Below are positions 1-13,809 of a stretch of 64,000 bases of DNA, piece by piece. Where the stretch lies: NCBI GenBank assembly GCA_044892525.1, contig CM097885.1, positions 49,416,001-49,480,000 of the forward strand, read 5' to 3'. Source of the DNA: Schmidtea polychroa (lineage: Eukaryota). The notes beneath the pieces are model-generated. The model saw only the letters and a program-made list of their open reading frames with translations, made no database searches and was not told where the DNA came from. Numbering within the stretch: the first letter of the stretch is position 1; each line of letters opens with the position of its first letter. A program made the translations under genes and the position numbers.

Positions 1-125
1 AATATTTTATCATTAGAAATTCACCTACAATAATTGAAAGTTTTTTAAACAATAAATAAAGTAAATACAAAAACACATTTCAATGCTAACTTTAAATTAA
101 GTGCGAAAAAAGATGTCTGTGAAAA

Positions 126-1073
126 TTAATCTGTGAGACTTGGTTCAATAATATTCGAATGTTTATGAAAAAAAGATTTCATAACTTTATAAATTCTCAA
201 CCGGAAACTCCTCACCATTACGAACAGTATAATTGGATTCATGCTGCTATTAAATGCTGTGAAGAATACACCAATCAATTGTAAAGGGGTCCCGAAAATA
301 TAATAGACAAATTTCCAATAGCCCAACATGTAATAAATAGCGTCATATGATATTGTCAGCAAAAATATTACAGTAATCGCAACTGTTGCTTGAGTCAATG
401 TTCTTGATGATGATCTTGTCCTTGTAGATTGGGATTTATCCACTATAAAACTAAGTTGAATGATAACTCTTATGTATAAATATATCATCACAACTGCTGG
501 GATTCCATAAACGGATAAAAACCAAATAATTGAATAAGCTTTAAAGAAATCATCTATTATTTGACCCTGGAAAGCATAGACAGACAAACAACTGCCATTT
601 TTATACGAAGTTTGAATGAATGCTGAAGACACAATAATTCCACTTCCTAAATATATTGAAACCATGATGCTGATTACTTTTTTTAGAAAGTTTTCCTTGT
701 AATGTTGTGGAGTTATAGTTGCCCAATATCTGTCAACGGCTGTAAAAATTAAATTGAAAACTCCGGCTATAACTATCCACCAGAAAACTGCTTGACCTGT
801 CCAGGCATGACAGAACAATGTGTCAATAATCAAAATATTAGTTGACACCGGATCCGGAAATATAATTAATATTAACGTAAAGAGACAAATTAAACAGTCT
901 AGAAATGACTGATTTCTCAATAAAGCTGTTGTCAATTTTGATGGTAAACCTTTAATGAGTAACGAAATAAAAAGTATCAGGTTCATAAAGAACCCTATGA
1001 AAACAGTAATTCCTAAAATTGAATTAAACACTTTTGTTTGATCACTATTCAATTTTTCTTGATCAAGTTTCAT
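126..1073 (-). CDS. Intronless rhodopsin-like (class A) GPCR, orphan
   Basis: 315-aa ORF with about seven hydrophobic segments, NQSFLD in TM2, a Cys before TM3, the DRY motif (AVDRYW), a Cys in ECL2 and NSSMNPII in TM7. Confidence 0.85.
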   Translation of the reverse strand: MKLDQEKLNSDQTKVFNSILGITVFIGFFMNLILFISLLIKGLPSKLTTALLRNQSFLDCLICLFTLILIIFPDPVSTNILIIDTLFCHAWTGQAVFWWIVIAGVFNLIFTAVDRYWATITPQHYKENFLKKVISIMVSIYLGSGIIVSSAFIQTSYKNGSCLSVYAFQGQIIDDFFKAYSIIWFLSVYGIPAVVMIYLYIRVIIQLSFIVDKSQSTRTRSSSRTLTQATVAITVIFLLTISYDAIYYMLGYWKFVYYIFGTPLQLIGVFFTAFNSSMNPIILFVMVRSFRLRIYKVMKSFFHKHSNIIEPSLTD

Positions 1074-1246
1074 TTTTTATTTATTGAAAAAAATTAAATT
1101 TTAATCTAATTTAATAGACTCAATCACCCAATGAAATTTGAATAAAAATTTATGTTTACCAATTAATAAATATTTAGAAAATTAAATGAATTATTATTTA
1201 TATTACAGCAATTATTATTATTATTATTATTATTATATGTCATATA

Positions 1247-1637
1247 GAGGTTTGGATTAACCATTAGGCAAACAAGGCACGTGCCTTGGGCATCAAGCGT
1301 TTGGGAGCACCACAAGTCCACAAGGAAAGTTTTTTGAACAAATTTAGGTCCAGAAACAACTGAAAATTGAACAAGTGCTATGAAAATGAAGAAGTAGATT
1401 ATAATGAAAATTCACATTCAAGTTTGGTAAAATATTGAATGCTTAAAAATTACGCGCATAAAAAATTTTAAAAACTCCTGGTAAATGGTAATGACTAAAA
1501 TGTTAACAACTGTTTTCTTTTCATAATATTGAACATACTAGAGGTCACGGTCAGTGAAAGATCAGGGGCCCGGGCAGAAGGTGGTACCCATGTGGGTTTA
1601 ATGGGTTTGAGCACTAAAATGGCTTAATCCGGCCCTG
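1247..1637. mobile_element. Non-autonomous hAT-type MITE
   Basis: Imperfect 14-bp TIRs (GAGGTTTGGATTAA / TTAATCCGGCCCTG) flanked by the exact 8-bp direct repeat GTCATATA at 1239-1246 and 1638-1645. Confidence 0.75.
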
Positions 1638-4009
1638 GTCATATACATTTAAATGACTACCTGTAATATCCGTACTCAAGTTTTCGATCATTTTCATTTG
1701 AAGGCATTTTTTAATATCTGTGAGCACAATAATGAATTTAAGAAAAATGTATATACAAATAATTAGGTGCTTGTGTTTGATACATGGAAACTAATGTGCA
1801 AGATTATTTGAATATAAAATTATGTTATATAAGAATGGAAGAATTATTAAATTTAATAAAAGATGCTTGTTTAAATTAAAAATTTTAAATAATTATTTAA
1901 TTTTACAAACTAATTTTATTAAAAAATATGATTTATTTTTAACTACTTATTCAAAATTAAACAATGAATTATTTGTAAGATTTTATAATTTGATCGATTT
2001 AAAATTTGGGTTTCTTTCTAACTGATAAAGACAATGAACTTGTCGAAATATATTATATAATTGATGTTTGAGTGGTGTTTATTAAAATCAGTGCCATGTT
2101 TATGTTATTATTATTAATATTATTATAATCAATGTGACAATATCTAACAAACACATTTTCGAATTTCAAAAATAAATTTGTCACTGATTTTGAGTGGTTT
2201 TCTAATCACAGAAACACATTTTAAAGTTAGAGTCAAAATTAAATAAATGTTCATCGAGAAGACGCATAAGTCTTATCATTGGTTAGTCCAGTAGTAGGAT
2301 GATATGAGCTATGAAACTCAAACTCAACACCCTGCTTGACTTATTTCGATGATTCATACATGCCGAAAATAAAGCATATGACTTATATAATGATTCAGAC
2401 CTTCCCAAGGTCAACTAAGACTCAGATTATGACTCATCCTTTTGCTAAAGTTCTTGAGCAAAAGCATAAGAAAATCAATAAATGACTTTATTTAAACAAA
2501 AAAATGCGAAAATATAAATTAGAAAAGGAAGCCAAGGAAATTACAAGAACTAAATAAAAATTTATAAAATTAACGAAGAAAGAAAAGATTATAGAAAGTT
2601 AACTAAGACATAAAAAAGGTAAATAAAATAAAAATTAACCATTCAAATACAAGAAAATGAATAAAATGCAGCAACGCTAATCTGAATGAGACATGTGTGC
2701 TGGGTTATTAAATAGTTTTGATTGGAAACAATTATTTCTGACTTTACCTGTCCTTTGTCAACATGATAAGTTTGATAACGATATGGCAACAATCAAAGCA
2801 ATTTTACCTTTAAGGTCAACAGTTTGATCAATGGCAAAAGCCAGTTAGACAATCTTCATCAAATTGTCTGATAATTTGAATCACCACTAATCAATAAAGA
2901 CTTTGTCTATCCCTTTTAATAATATTTCGCGATTGATACTCGATTGAAATGTTCGTCGACATCCGGGCAATTTGACTAAATCTCATGCTTTTTATATGAT
3001 CTCAATCTCATTAACCTTCCCAAAATTTCCGAGGATGGAAAATAAAATTTAATTTAGTAACTCTCAGAAGCCGATAAATGAATCATTAATTGAATTATTT
3101 TTATTTGAACCTGGAGGGCTTCTATCGAAGATTAAGGGATCATTCACGATCTCAAGATCACTATCCAAGGTCTCAACAAATCTTGGAGCTTCGAGCAGCG
3201 GCTACATTGATGGAAACTCACTGCACATGCCGAGGCCAGGGAAGCTGGAAAGGAAAGGATTTAGGGAATTAAAAATGAGTGCGCATGCACCACGGAAGAA
3301 ATAAAATCGCTTCATTTATTTAACTGTCTATTAATTGCTTGCGCCAGTTTGTGCATAAATTTATTATATTATTGTTATTATTTGAAATTATTGTGTGGAA
3401 AAAAATAAAAAAATAAATTAAATGTGAAAGGCTACTCCATTTAAGAATCCGGGTAGTGTTGGGCTGAGTCGAAAAATATAATCGTCGAAAATTAAGACAG
3501 ATAGGAGGTGAATAAAATAAAATAAGACAACAAATTCTAAAATAAATAAGTCAAGACATAAAAGAAGACAATAAAATAAGATATAAGGATTAAAACAAAG
3601 AAATAAAAATAAGAAAATTAAAAATAAGGTAATAGGATAACGAACAAGATACCGAAAAATGCAACAAATAATAAGGAATTTAAGAAATAAATAAAAGATA
3701 TAATAAAAATAGGAAAAAGAAGTAAAATATCCAAAGAAATAGGAAAAAACAAATTAATTTAATAAAATAAGCGGTACTCAATTTTGATTGGTCCGCATAA
3801 ACAAAAATTTACTATATAAACAGGCACCAAAATCATAAAAATCACGGTTAATTCAAAAAACTTCATAGGTAAGAAATTTTAAATTACGACGGTTAATTCA
3901 AAAAACTTCATAGACCCAGAGATAGCAGCGACTCAAAATCCTTCCAAAGGAAAATCACAATAGTAGAAGGATGTGAGTCCGTCAGATACAAAGGGGGGGG
4001 GGGGTATAT

Positions 4010-4275
4010 CGATTACGTAATAATGACCGATTATGTAATACATACACTGTTGGTAACTGACCAATCGCGTGGCTATTACGTAATATAAAGGTCAGTTGCT
4101 AACTGATCATACGGTGACCTTTACGTAATACACACATTGTTACTAACTGACCAGTCACGTGTCCATTACGTCATAAACACATTGTTACTAACTGACCAGT
4201 CACTTGTCCATTAAGTCATACACACATTGTTACTAACTGACCACTCGCGTGTACATTACGTCATATACAAACCTG
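4010..4275 (+). repeat. 45-bp tandem repeat array in the left TIR
   Basis: About 5-6 copies of a unit close to CATTACGTCATACACACATTGTTACTAACTGACCAGTCACGTGTC, mirrored at 10553-10817. Confidence 0.85.
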
Positions 4276-4641
4276 CTGCTAACTGCCCACTTATTGATGA
4301 CTCAATACCATGGTAACTGTGTCGTCATACTTAGTGGTCACTGGTTGCTAACACACAATCGTCCAGTACTATTCATACAACACACATCGACTACTATTAT
4401 CTGAGAGTCCAGTAATAATGATTAGTGTATAGTACTGTTGACTACTCTATGTGAACATCCAGTACTATTCATACAACACACATCGACTACTAGTCTATGT
4501 GAGGATCCAGTACTATTCGTACAACAACACACACACACACATCTAGGACACTGGTGGTCTATATAAGAATCCAGTACTATTGACTACTCTATGTGAACAT
4601 CCAGTACCATTCATACAACCGAGTACGACCAATGCTAAAAT

Positions 4642-4680
<39 letters not shown>

Positions 4681-7600
4681 TCCAAATTTGTTGATAATTT
4701 AGAGTTGATGGTTTTAGTAAATATTCAAGTAATTTTCTATTATTTTTGCGGATTTCTATCATTTTTGTGAATTTTTATCATTTTTGTGAATATCTATCAT
4801 TTTTGTGAATTTCCGTAATTTTTTGTAATTTTCTATTATTTTTGCGGATTTCTATCATTTTTGTGAATATCTGTAATTGTGGATATCTATCATTTTCGTG
4901 AATTTCTATCATTTTTTGTGGATTTCATGTTTATTGAAAGAATATTTAAAAATTTAAAGTTAGTTCTAAGATAAATTTAATTAATTTCTTGATAATTGGA
5001 TGTATTTTTATTGACTTGTTTTTAAATAAAAATTAATTTCAATGACAATTAGGATAATAATCAAGTGATAGAATAAATTTTTGATGAGGATATTGAATAA
5101 TTTTCTAAGAATTTCATGTTGACTGATTAAAAATTTAAAGTATTAATGGTGATAAATTTAATTAATTTCTTGATAATAAGTTGTATTTTATTGAATAGTT
5201 TTTAAATTTTAAATAAAAATTAATTTCATTAACAATTAGGATAATAATCAAGTGATAGAATAAATTTTTGATGATAACTTTGTAATATATTTGACTAAAT
5301 AATTTTTTCAATAATTTTCTAAGAATATTTCCATTTACACATTGATGAACTTTAAAAAACATAAGCTAAGAAACCAGTTAACTTTATCAAGGACTTTAAA
5401 TTTACTTGATAATTATTGTAGGATATACAGAAATTTAGTTTGCTGTTACTGCTTGAAAATGATTGGTTGAATAGCTGAAGAATTATGATCAAACAATATA
5501 TATCATCTCCAGTTAGGTATTTGATGGTAAATATTTGTAGAAAGTTTTAGCGAATTTTGATCTTTTAGTGAACTCTTACTACATAGCTACTACATTATTT
5601 CAATGGAAGAATATTTGGTGCCTATAACAGTTAATTAAAAGTCATATTTTGAAGTTCTCTAAGGATTTTAAGAGGATTGATATAATAAAGGGCTCGAGTG
5701 GGTGGAATCTTTAGGGAAATTAAGGGATATAATCGGATAGATGTTTAAAAGGGTAGAAATATTTGCTGAGAGATCGGTTAAGATGGGATATTATCGATTA
5801 GATTTAATGAGAGATGGGTTTAGATGGGAAAATAGTCGGTTGGGTTTAATGAGAGATCGGTTAAGATGGGAATATATGGTCTTTTAAGGGGATATAATCG
5901 GTTAGATTTAATGAGGGATCGTATAAGGTGGGAATATATGATTTTTTAAGGATGATGTTGGTAAAATATCAATGTTTTAAGGGAAATCGCAATACATTAG
6001 TCCGTTATGAATCAATAATAATGTGAAATTATATTGTTTTATTAGGTTGTGATTAATTCATTGTATATTAATTTAGATTTATGTTTTAGAACAATGTTTT
6101 ATTAAGTAGGGATAATGATCGATTTACTTGGTTTTGACAATAAAATCTTTAGAGATAATTGGAATTGATATCAACAATTTTTATCTTTATTTAGGATGTT
6201 ATAGGCGGACAAAAGTTGAGAAATATTGATTTAAGAGAGTTGGACAACTACTAAAGAAAATTGATCTTTATTGGAGGAAATTTATGATTTTCGGTTGATT
6301 TTAATTAGATTTCTAGAAATCAAATCGGTTGGATATCGGTAAAATATGACCATTTGAAGAAATATATTTTATTGAATGGATAAATTTAATCTTTCAATGG
6401 GATGTAGTCGGTGTACAGTAATATTTATTTTAATTTTCGAGTATTTACCTTTAGAACAAAAATTTAATTATAACTGGTTTTTTCAATGGATTTTATAAAT
6501 TATTTAGGGTTAATGACCAAATTACTTTACATGATTTTAGATGATTTTAGTGAAATATTTGTATAAATAGGTAGAATTATAGTCATTTAAATGTATTTTA
6601 ATGACTTATTGATCTAACGTTAAGAGGGAGAATATATGATCTTTTAAAGGTATTTATCACTAATATACTAATCTTTAAATATGGATATATATTTCAGGGA
6701 AATTTGATGCTTTTGTGAGGAATCAATCATTTGTTTGGATACAGAAAGCTGTATTGTCATTTAGAGTAATTTATTTGTAGAATTTATTTAATTATTAGAG
6801 TACTTATATCAGTCTCCTTTAGAATTTAATGATAATTATTTAGATATTTTTAGTGTAAATTGTTGACTTTGATAATTTGTAATGAATTTTCTGAATAATT
6901 TGAGCAATCAGTCAATTAATTTGAGTATTACTTTTAAAAATATAATTAAAATTAATTTATTTCAATTAATTTATTCAATCTACTAGATCTTATTTCAAAA
7001 TTCTTATTAATTTATTTTCTTAGATGATAACTTGAATGATCACTATTTATTTATTTACTGGATTATTAATGACTAAAATTCAAAGTTCTTTCTTGTCCAT
7101 TAAGTACATTTTATTTAGTATGTTTTGAATAATTTAAATTTTTACAATGATTTAGTCAATTTTTACCTAATTATTGGAAAATCTCGAGTTCATTCAAAAT
7201 TTTATTAATTTTTCATCCAATTTTTCAAGTGAAGAGGATTTTCTTTTGAATGTCTATTTGTTAGTTGTTGGTTAAAAGTAATTGGTATCTGGTTGACTAT
7301 TTAGATGTTGACAAGAATATAGTGTATGTGTTGAAGAATATTTTATATTTAATTGTTATTATTTTTATGTATTGCTAGTTGGTTATAAGTAATTGGTATC
7401 TAGTTGTAAGTATTTGGTTGTTAGTATCTAGTTGTAGGTATCTGGTTGTAAATACGTGTTCGTAAAATACTAATCTTTATAGATATTTCAAGGAAATTCA
7501 CTTGGATATAAAAATCGGTAGAATATTGACATTTAAATGCTTTTATTGGTTTATCAGATGTTATCATTAATGGGTTCAGTCTCTTTTGATATTTTGATCA

Positions 7601-9129
7601 ATCAACTTGAGTATATGTGTGACTTTTACTAGATCTTATTACAAAATTCTTATTAATTTATGAAATTAGATGATTCATATTAACTTGAATGATCAGTATT
7701 TATTTATTTACTGGATTATTAATGACTAGAATTTAAAGTTCTTTCTTGTCCTTTAATAACATTTTTATGATATTTATTTAGTGTGTTTTGAATAATTTAA
7801 ATATTTACAATGATTTAATCAATTTTTACTTAGTTATTGGAAAATCTTACTGATGTCTTGAGTTCAGTTGAAATTTTATTAATTTTTAATCCAATATTTT
7901 CAAGTGAAGAGAATTTTCTTTTAAAGATCTATTTCTTAGTTGTTGGTTGTAAGTACTTGGTAGCTGGTTGTTAGTATCCGGTTGATAGCGTTTAGTTGTA
8001 GATGTTGACAAGAAGATCGTGTATGTGATGAAGAATAAACTTTATTTTGTATTTAATTGTTATTATTTTATGTTTTGCTAGTTGGTTATAAGTAATTGGT
8101 ATCTAGTTGTAAGTACTTGGTAGCAGGTATCTAGTTGTAGGTATCTGATTATTAGTACCTAGTTGTTAGTACATGGTACATAGTTGTAAGTATTTGGTTG
8201 ATAGTACTTGGTATCTAGTTATAAATACTTGTTCCTAAGTTACTGGATGATGAAAATAAGTCATTGGTGTCTAGTTATTAGTATTTAATGTTAGTACATA
8301 GTTGTAAGTATTTGGTTGATATTACTTGATATTTTGTTGTAAATACTTGTTCCTAAGTTACTGGATGATGGTAATAAGTTGTTGGTGTCTTATACTTGGT
8401 ATCTTGTACTTGGTAGCTGGTTGGTAGCTACTAGGTGGTACTTTGTTGTTAGTATTTGTTAATATTTGTTGGTATCTTATACTTGGTACGTTGTTGTTAA
8501 CTGATTATTCTTATCTAGTTAATGGGTATGTGAGAGTTGAGTGTGACAAATACCCTTACGACCAATACACTTACGATCAATACCCACAGGGGGTCAAAAC
8601 AACCTGTCGGATAAACTCAGACTATATATAATAAATCGAATTAATAATAACTATTTATTGAATAAGCATGCAATTTTTACTTTGTAATAATAAGTCAGCA
8701 GTAATCAATTGGAAGAAGAATGTTTTGCGGGGGAAAAAAATAGAACTTTATAGTGTTTCGTTGTCATTTTAAAATATTTAAATTATATTCAATTCCATGT
8801 GGTGTTTTTAACGACTTGAGTTGACAATTATTCTCATTCATATTTGACGCAAATCATCATTTTTGTTAAATTTAGACATTTTACTGAGAAAAAGTTTTCT
8901 ACTGATTGTAATTAAAAGAATATTTTGTTAATATTCTAGTTGTAAGTACCTAGTTGATGGTAAAAGAATATTTTGTTAATATTCTAGTTGTAAGTACCTA
9001 GTTGATGGTAAATGATATTTTGTTGTAAATACTTGTTCCTAAGTTACTGGTTGATGAAAATAAGTTGTTGTTGTCTAGTTATTAGTATTTAGTTGTTAGT
9101 ATTTGGTTGTAAGTATTTGGTTGACCTTT

Positions 9130-9237
9130 TAAATTTTGACTTAAACATATTTGATTGTAATGATTTACAAACAAATAATGTTTTCCCACAGCCCTTGGAT
9201 CAATAATTTGATATACTGCATCATTTCTCGATTCCAT
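9130..9237 (-). pseudogene. N-terminal remnant of a Polinton packaging ATPase
   Basis: Clear nucleotide similarity to 42450-42560 (ELKNDTVYQIVGPSGSGKT). Here it reads MESRNDAVYQII with a disrupted Walker A. Confidence 0.7.
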
Positions 9238-9384
9238 TTTAATTAATTTAATCTAATAATATTATTTATATTTGTTTTAATTAATTGTTATACGTGAATA
9301 AAAAATATTCAAATATAATTACATTATTAATGCTTACCAATATAAAATATTATTATTATTATTTTTATTAATATTTTATTAATA

Positions 9385-9488
<104 letters not shown>

Positions 9489-9811
9489 TGTATAATTTGC
9501 ATCTAAATTATCTTTAAAAATTATTTCATTAAAATTTTCATTTCTCTAAACCTGACTATCATTCAAACTTTTTTATAATAGATTAAAAATTATTACTTTA
9601 ATTAAAAATTTAGGCCCATAATTTACTTTAATTTAATTATTACTATCAATTTTCATTCTCTTTCTAAATTTATTAGTTAGTTCTAAAATTTACCCTTTTC
9701 ATTTACTTATTTACAAAATATAACCCTAATTTACTATTATTTTTATTAGTAATTGAAATCTGATTGCTTCAAAAGCAATTTTTATAAGTAATCGTGTTTT
9801 GATTGATATAA

Positions 9812-9856
<45 letters not shown>

Positions 9857-9885
9857 ATTATTATTATTATTATTATTATTTTGTG

Positions 9886-9967
9886 GGACTGGTGGCTAAG
9901 TGGGAATTTACTTTTTGATTTTTTGTTTTGAAATTAGGTATGAGGTTCAATTCCAAGTATGGGCGAC
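9886..9967 (+). ncRNA. Degenerate tRNA-like Pol III unit
   Basis: A box TGGCTAAGTGG (9893-9903), B box GGTTCAATTCC (9944-9954) and T6 at 9968-9973. Internal T-runs suggest decay. Confidence 0.45.
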
Positions 9968-10330
9968 TTTTTTCAAAATTAATTTTTACATGTTATTTTT
10001 AATATAGATCGAATCAGCATGCTTTATTTGCTATAAATTGAAATTTTCATAAAAATCGGTTAATTATTTTTACTTAAAGGTTCATAGTATTTTCTCACCT
10101 ACTGGCATAAAATGCAGTAAACAATCATTAAATAATAATTGATATTAATTTTCAGACCATTTGGGGATTTTTTTTATTATACTTTGTGATTTCATTAATT
10201 ATTTTGTGTTGTACCCTTTAAATAACAATAGAAAAATTTCATCTATTGACCATTTTTAATATAAGGTATGCAAACGTTATGAAATGTGTCAAACAAGGAA
10301 AATGATCCATTTATAATACATAGAAACTAA

Positions 10331-10551
<221 letters not shown>

Positions 10552-13059
10552 AACAGGTTTGTATATGACGTAATGTTCAAGCGAGTGGTCAGTTAGTAAC
10601 AATGTGTGTATGACTAAATGGACACGTGACTGGTCAGTTAGTAACAATGTGTTTATGACGTAATGGACACGTGACTGGTCAGTTAGTAACAATGTGTGTA
10701 TTACGTAAAGGTCACCGTATGGGCAGTTAGCAACTGACCTTTACATTACGTAATAGCCACGCGATTGGCCAGTTAGCAACAGTGTATGTATTACGTAACC
10801 GGTCATTATTACGTAATCGATATACCCCCTTTGTATCTGACGGGCTCACATCCTTCTACTCACAATCAGCGATAGAAATCGATATTCGAAGAGCCACAGA
10901 ATTTGAAATTCTCAGATTAATTTTGACGGACGAATAATATTTTTCGACTAAGCCATCACTCGATAGAAAGGAGATTTTATTTTTTATAATTTGTTTGGTT
11001 TTAAAAGCTAATACTAATCATGACTATTTAATGAATAATTAAATTTTTAGTTGAAACGGTTTTTCTTTTCATTTGATCCCTAGTAATAATTTTAATCAAT
11101 TAAATGATTTAAATACCTATATGTAATCAATGAGAGATTTCACAGTTTATAATTATTTTTATGAATTATTATTTTGTGATTTTAACTTCATGAGAAACGT
11201 GGAGTTGAGAAACTTCATGTCATGGTGTGAAGTGCCTTCGGGAGCTCAGCCGGTGGACATGAAGTTTTTCAATCACGCAGCTAGATTGGGCCGAAATGTG
11301 AAGGCTTCTTCACGGGTCCAATCGCTGAAGGTGACTTAAAATTCGTGAAATGGTAGTTTATAGATTGTAGTAATAGATTCTAAATTAACAGGAAGTCAAG
11401 GTATACGCTTCACAGTGATTGAGGAAGACACTATCTTTGTACTTATCACCAATTTGCAGCATTAAATATCATTGTTCGAGGAGGTCATATTATCTGTAAG
11501 TCTGAATCTTTATCGTCACAGCCACAATTCGTTCAGACTCACCTCCAACGTCTCAACATTTGAGTTCATAGGTAAATTTCGCTAATAGGTCGGAGTCGAG
11601 AATTTTCATTTTTACTTTATGACACTCAGACAGGGAATGTGATATTAAAATTTACCGAAATGAATTAAAATCATAAGACCACATTTACGACAATATTTTA
11701 TTTAATACAGTTATTTAGCAAAAGTTATACTACCTGAATAAATATCCTTTCTGCGATTCATCCGGAACTTTTTCTCCTGAAATAAGGTTTATAGATATTG
11801 TGTGGCTGATTCAGTAAAATCTTCCAACCTTGAAGTACCGAATATTGAGTAAATCACGAGTTACAGTAATTAATTCCAACATTACAGTTAGATGTGAATT
11901 AGCAAGCTATGACAGAATATCAAAATTTTTCCAAACAACATGAGATAGTAAACGAAATTCCATTGAATGATACATACGCACATGTAGTTTTCTAACACTG
12001 ATTGGCGACGTCTATACGGAACATGAGTGACCACATAATCGATACACAGCGGTTCTACCACATGACACATTCAACTTGAATTATATCGTAGTGAGTATTT
12101 GCAGACGAGCGGGACTGTAGCAGGGGTTCAGTTCACAGAGATTCATTTTCAGGTTTTCGTGTCACAATAAGATAAATTTGAGATAACAGTAGGCATTAGA
12201 TTCTAAGTACACTAGTAGATAACTTTGAAATCAGATATTCTAATGGTGATAGATAGTTTAAATTAATATTCATAATTAATGATAGAAATTTTGGGAAATA
12301 AATAAATTTAGAACTAAGCTTCGTAAATGATTATCAAAAATTTTGGTTAAACCTAACAGATAATACTCGAAATTGTAAACTAAGGATTTAAATGGCACTG
12401 ACAATGTTAAATGCAGCAATAAAGATAATGATCGAATTTTTCGAATCGAGCGTCATAATTAATAATCGGATTTGAATAGATGGGCCCATATAACTCCTTA
12501 AGTATCCAGGTAGGAATATCATTAAGAGTGAACGGGGGAACTTTTGGGGAATTAATCAGTACTGAATATTTTGATTTCCGATTTAAGGAATGATTGCGTA
12601 AATTTAAGTGAAAGTTTGAGAAGGTATGAATTTAATATTCCCTAATAACAATTTATTAATATCAATTAGCTCTAGACAATCCATTAAATTTTCGTATCGA
12701 ATTATTTTCTTTCGTAAAGTAGTCACACATTTTATTTTAGAGTTTTTACATGCAATTTGATATTTCCAAGGGAAAGCTTAATTATTAATAATTTCACACA
12801 AATATAGAACTTCCACGCTAACAAAAAATGCATTTCATTTGTTAGGTAAAATCATATATTGCCGGTTGAATTTTCTGTAAATAATTAGCCCGAAGGGAAT
12901 AAAGATTGATAGTCCGGGGTAAGTCCCTCTTGCTAGTTGACTCCGTTTCATTGCTGTAGGAATACCTAGTAGAGTAAACGAACGGCTGCGTCGAGATGAT
13001 GATTTTATAAATTTAGTTTTGTCCTATTTAGCCTTATCTCTTCATATTAGCCATCAGAT

Positions 13060-13809
13060 ATGCTACCAAATACAAAACCTGTTCTCCGGCCCTGTTTTTC
13101 TTGCTCGGATAAGAACACCGTGATCAGAGACTTACAAGCCCAGATCGGGCGTTATAAGAAAAGGATAGATGAGTTGGTGGGCACCTGGTTTAGCCCCACT
13201 CAAATGAAGGAGATCCAGAAAAAACTCTATCGTAGCGAACACTGTCGAGACGCTCTAATCTCCGAGAGCCGTTCTCAGAGGAGCCTTATCAGGGAGCAAT
13301 CCGAAGCCCTGCACAAGGTGTACCTGCAGGCAGCAACCACTAGGAAAATCGTAAATATTCCCATTCGTGAAGCCGGTGAGCTTTTTCCGGCACACCATGA
13401 TACATCGGCCCAATCGTCGCCTCCGTCCAAGAAGCCTTGCCGACAGTGCGTCGAAACCCAACTTTCACCGAAACAACCCGAAGTAGTCTTCGTTGGAATT
13501 AGCCAGGCATCGCCTGACCGCGCCTCTGTATCTGCAGCAGCCCCGTACAATCCGTCAACATCAAAGCCAAAGCGTCGGCAATTATCGAGAGCCGAACGCA
13601 AAAAGAAGCAGCGGGAACGGATAACCGCGAAGCAGCTTAAGCAACCAACGGATCTTGCGATTAAAGATAACGACCTTCCGGCCACGGTAGATCTGACGTC
13701 AGGAGTACCAGGGCGAATCATATCTGCCGCTGGGGTAACATGGGAGGAAAACGCCTCCGAATTCTTTAACCTGGAAGAACTGCTGGCCGACACGGAGTGG
13801 GAAAAATGA
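13060..13809 (+). CDS. Unknown GC-rich protein: coiled coil with a TWFxP motif, basic NLS-like stretch, acidic C-terminus; may be the last exon of a spliced gene
   Basis: 249-aa ORF much richer in GC than its flanks, with an acceptor-like TCTCTTCATATTAG just upstream and similarity to ORF 29471-29818. Confidence 0.5.
   Translation: MLPNTKPVLRPCFSCSDKNTVIRDLQAQIGRYKKRIDELVGTWFSPTQMKEIQKKLYRSEHCRDALISESRSQRSLIREQSEALHKVYLQAATTRKIVNIPIREAGELFPAHHDTSAQSSPPSKKPCRQCVETQLSPKQPEVVFVGISQASPDRASVSAAAPYNPSTSKPKRRQLSRAERKKKQRERITAKQLKQPTDLAIKDNDLPATVDLTSGVPGRIISAAGVTWEENASEFFNLEELLADTEWEK

Noticed and set aside
4010..4920. Regularly spaced repeats resembling a CRISPR array
   Set aside because: Whole units repeat without unique spacers, there are no cas genes, and the context is eukaryotic.
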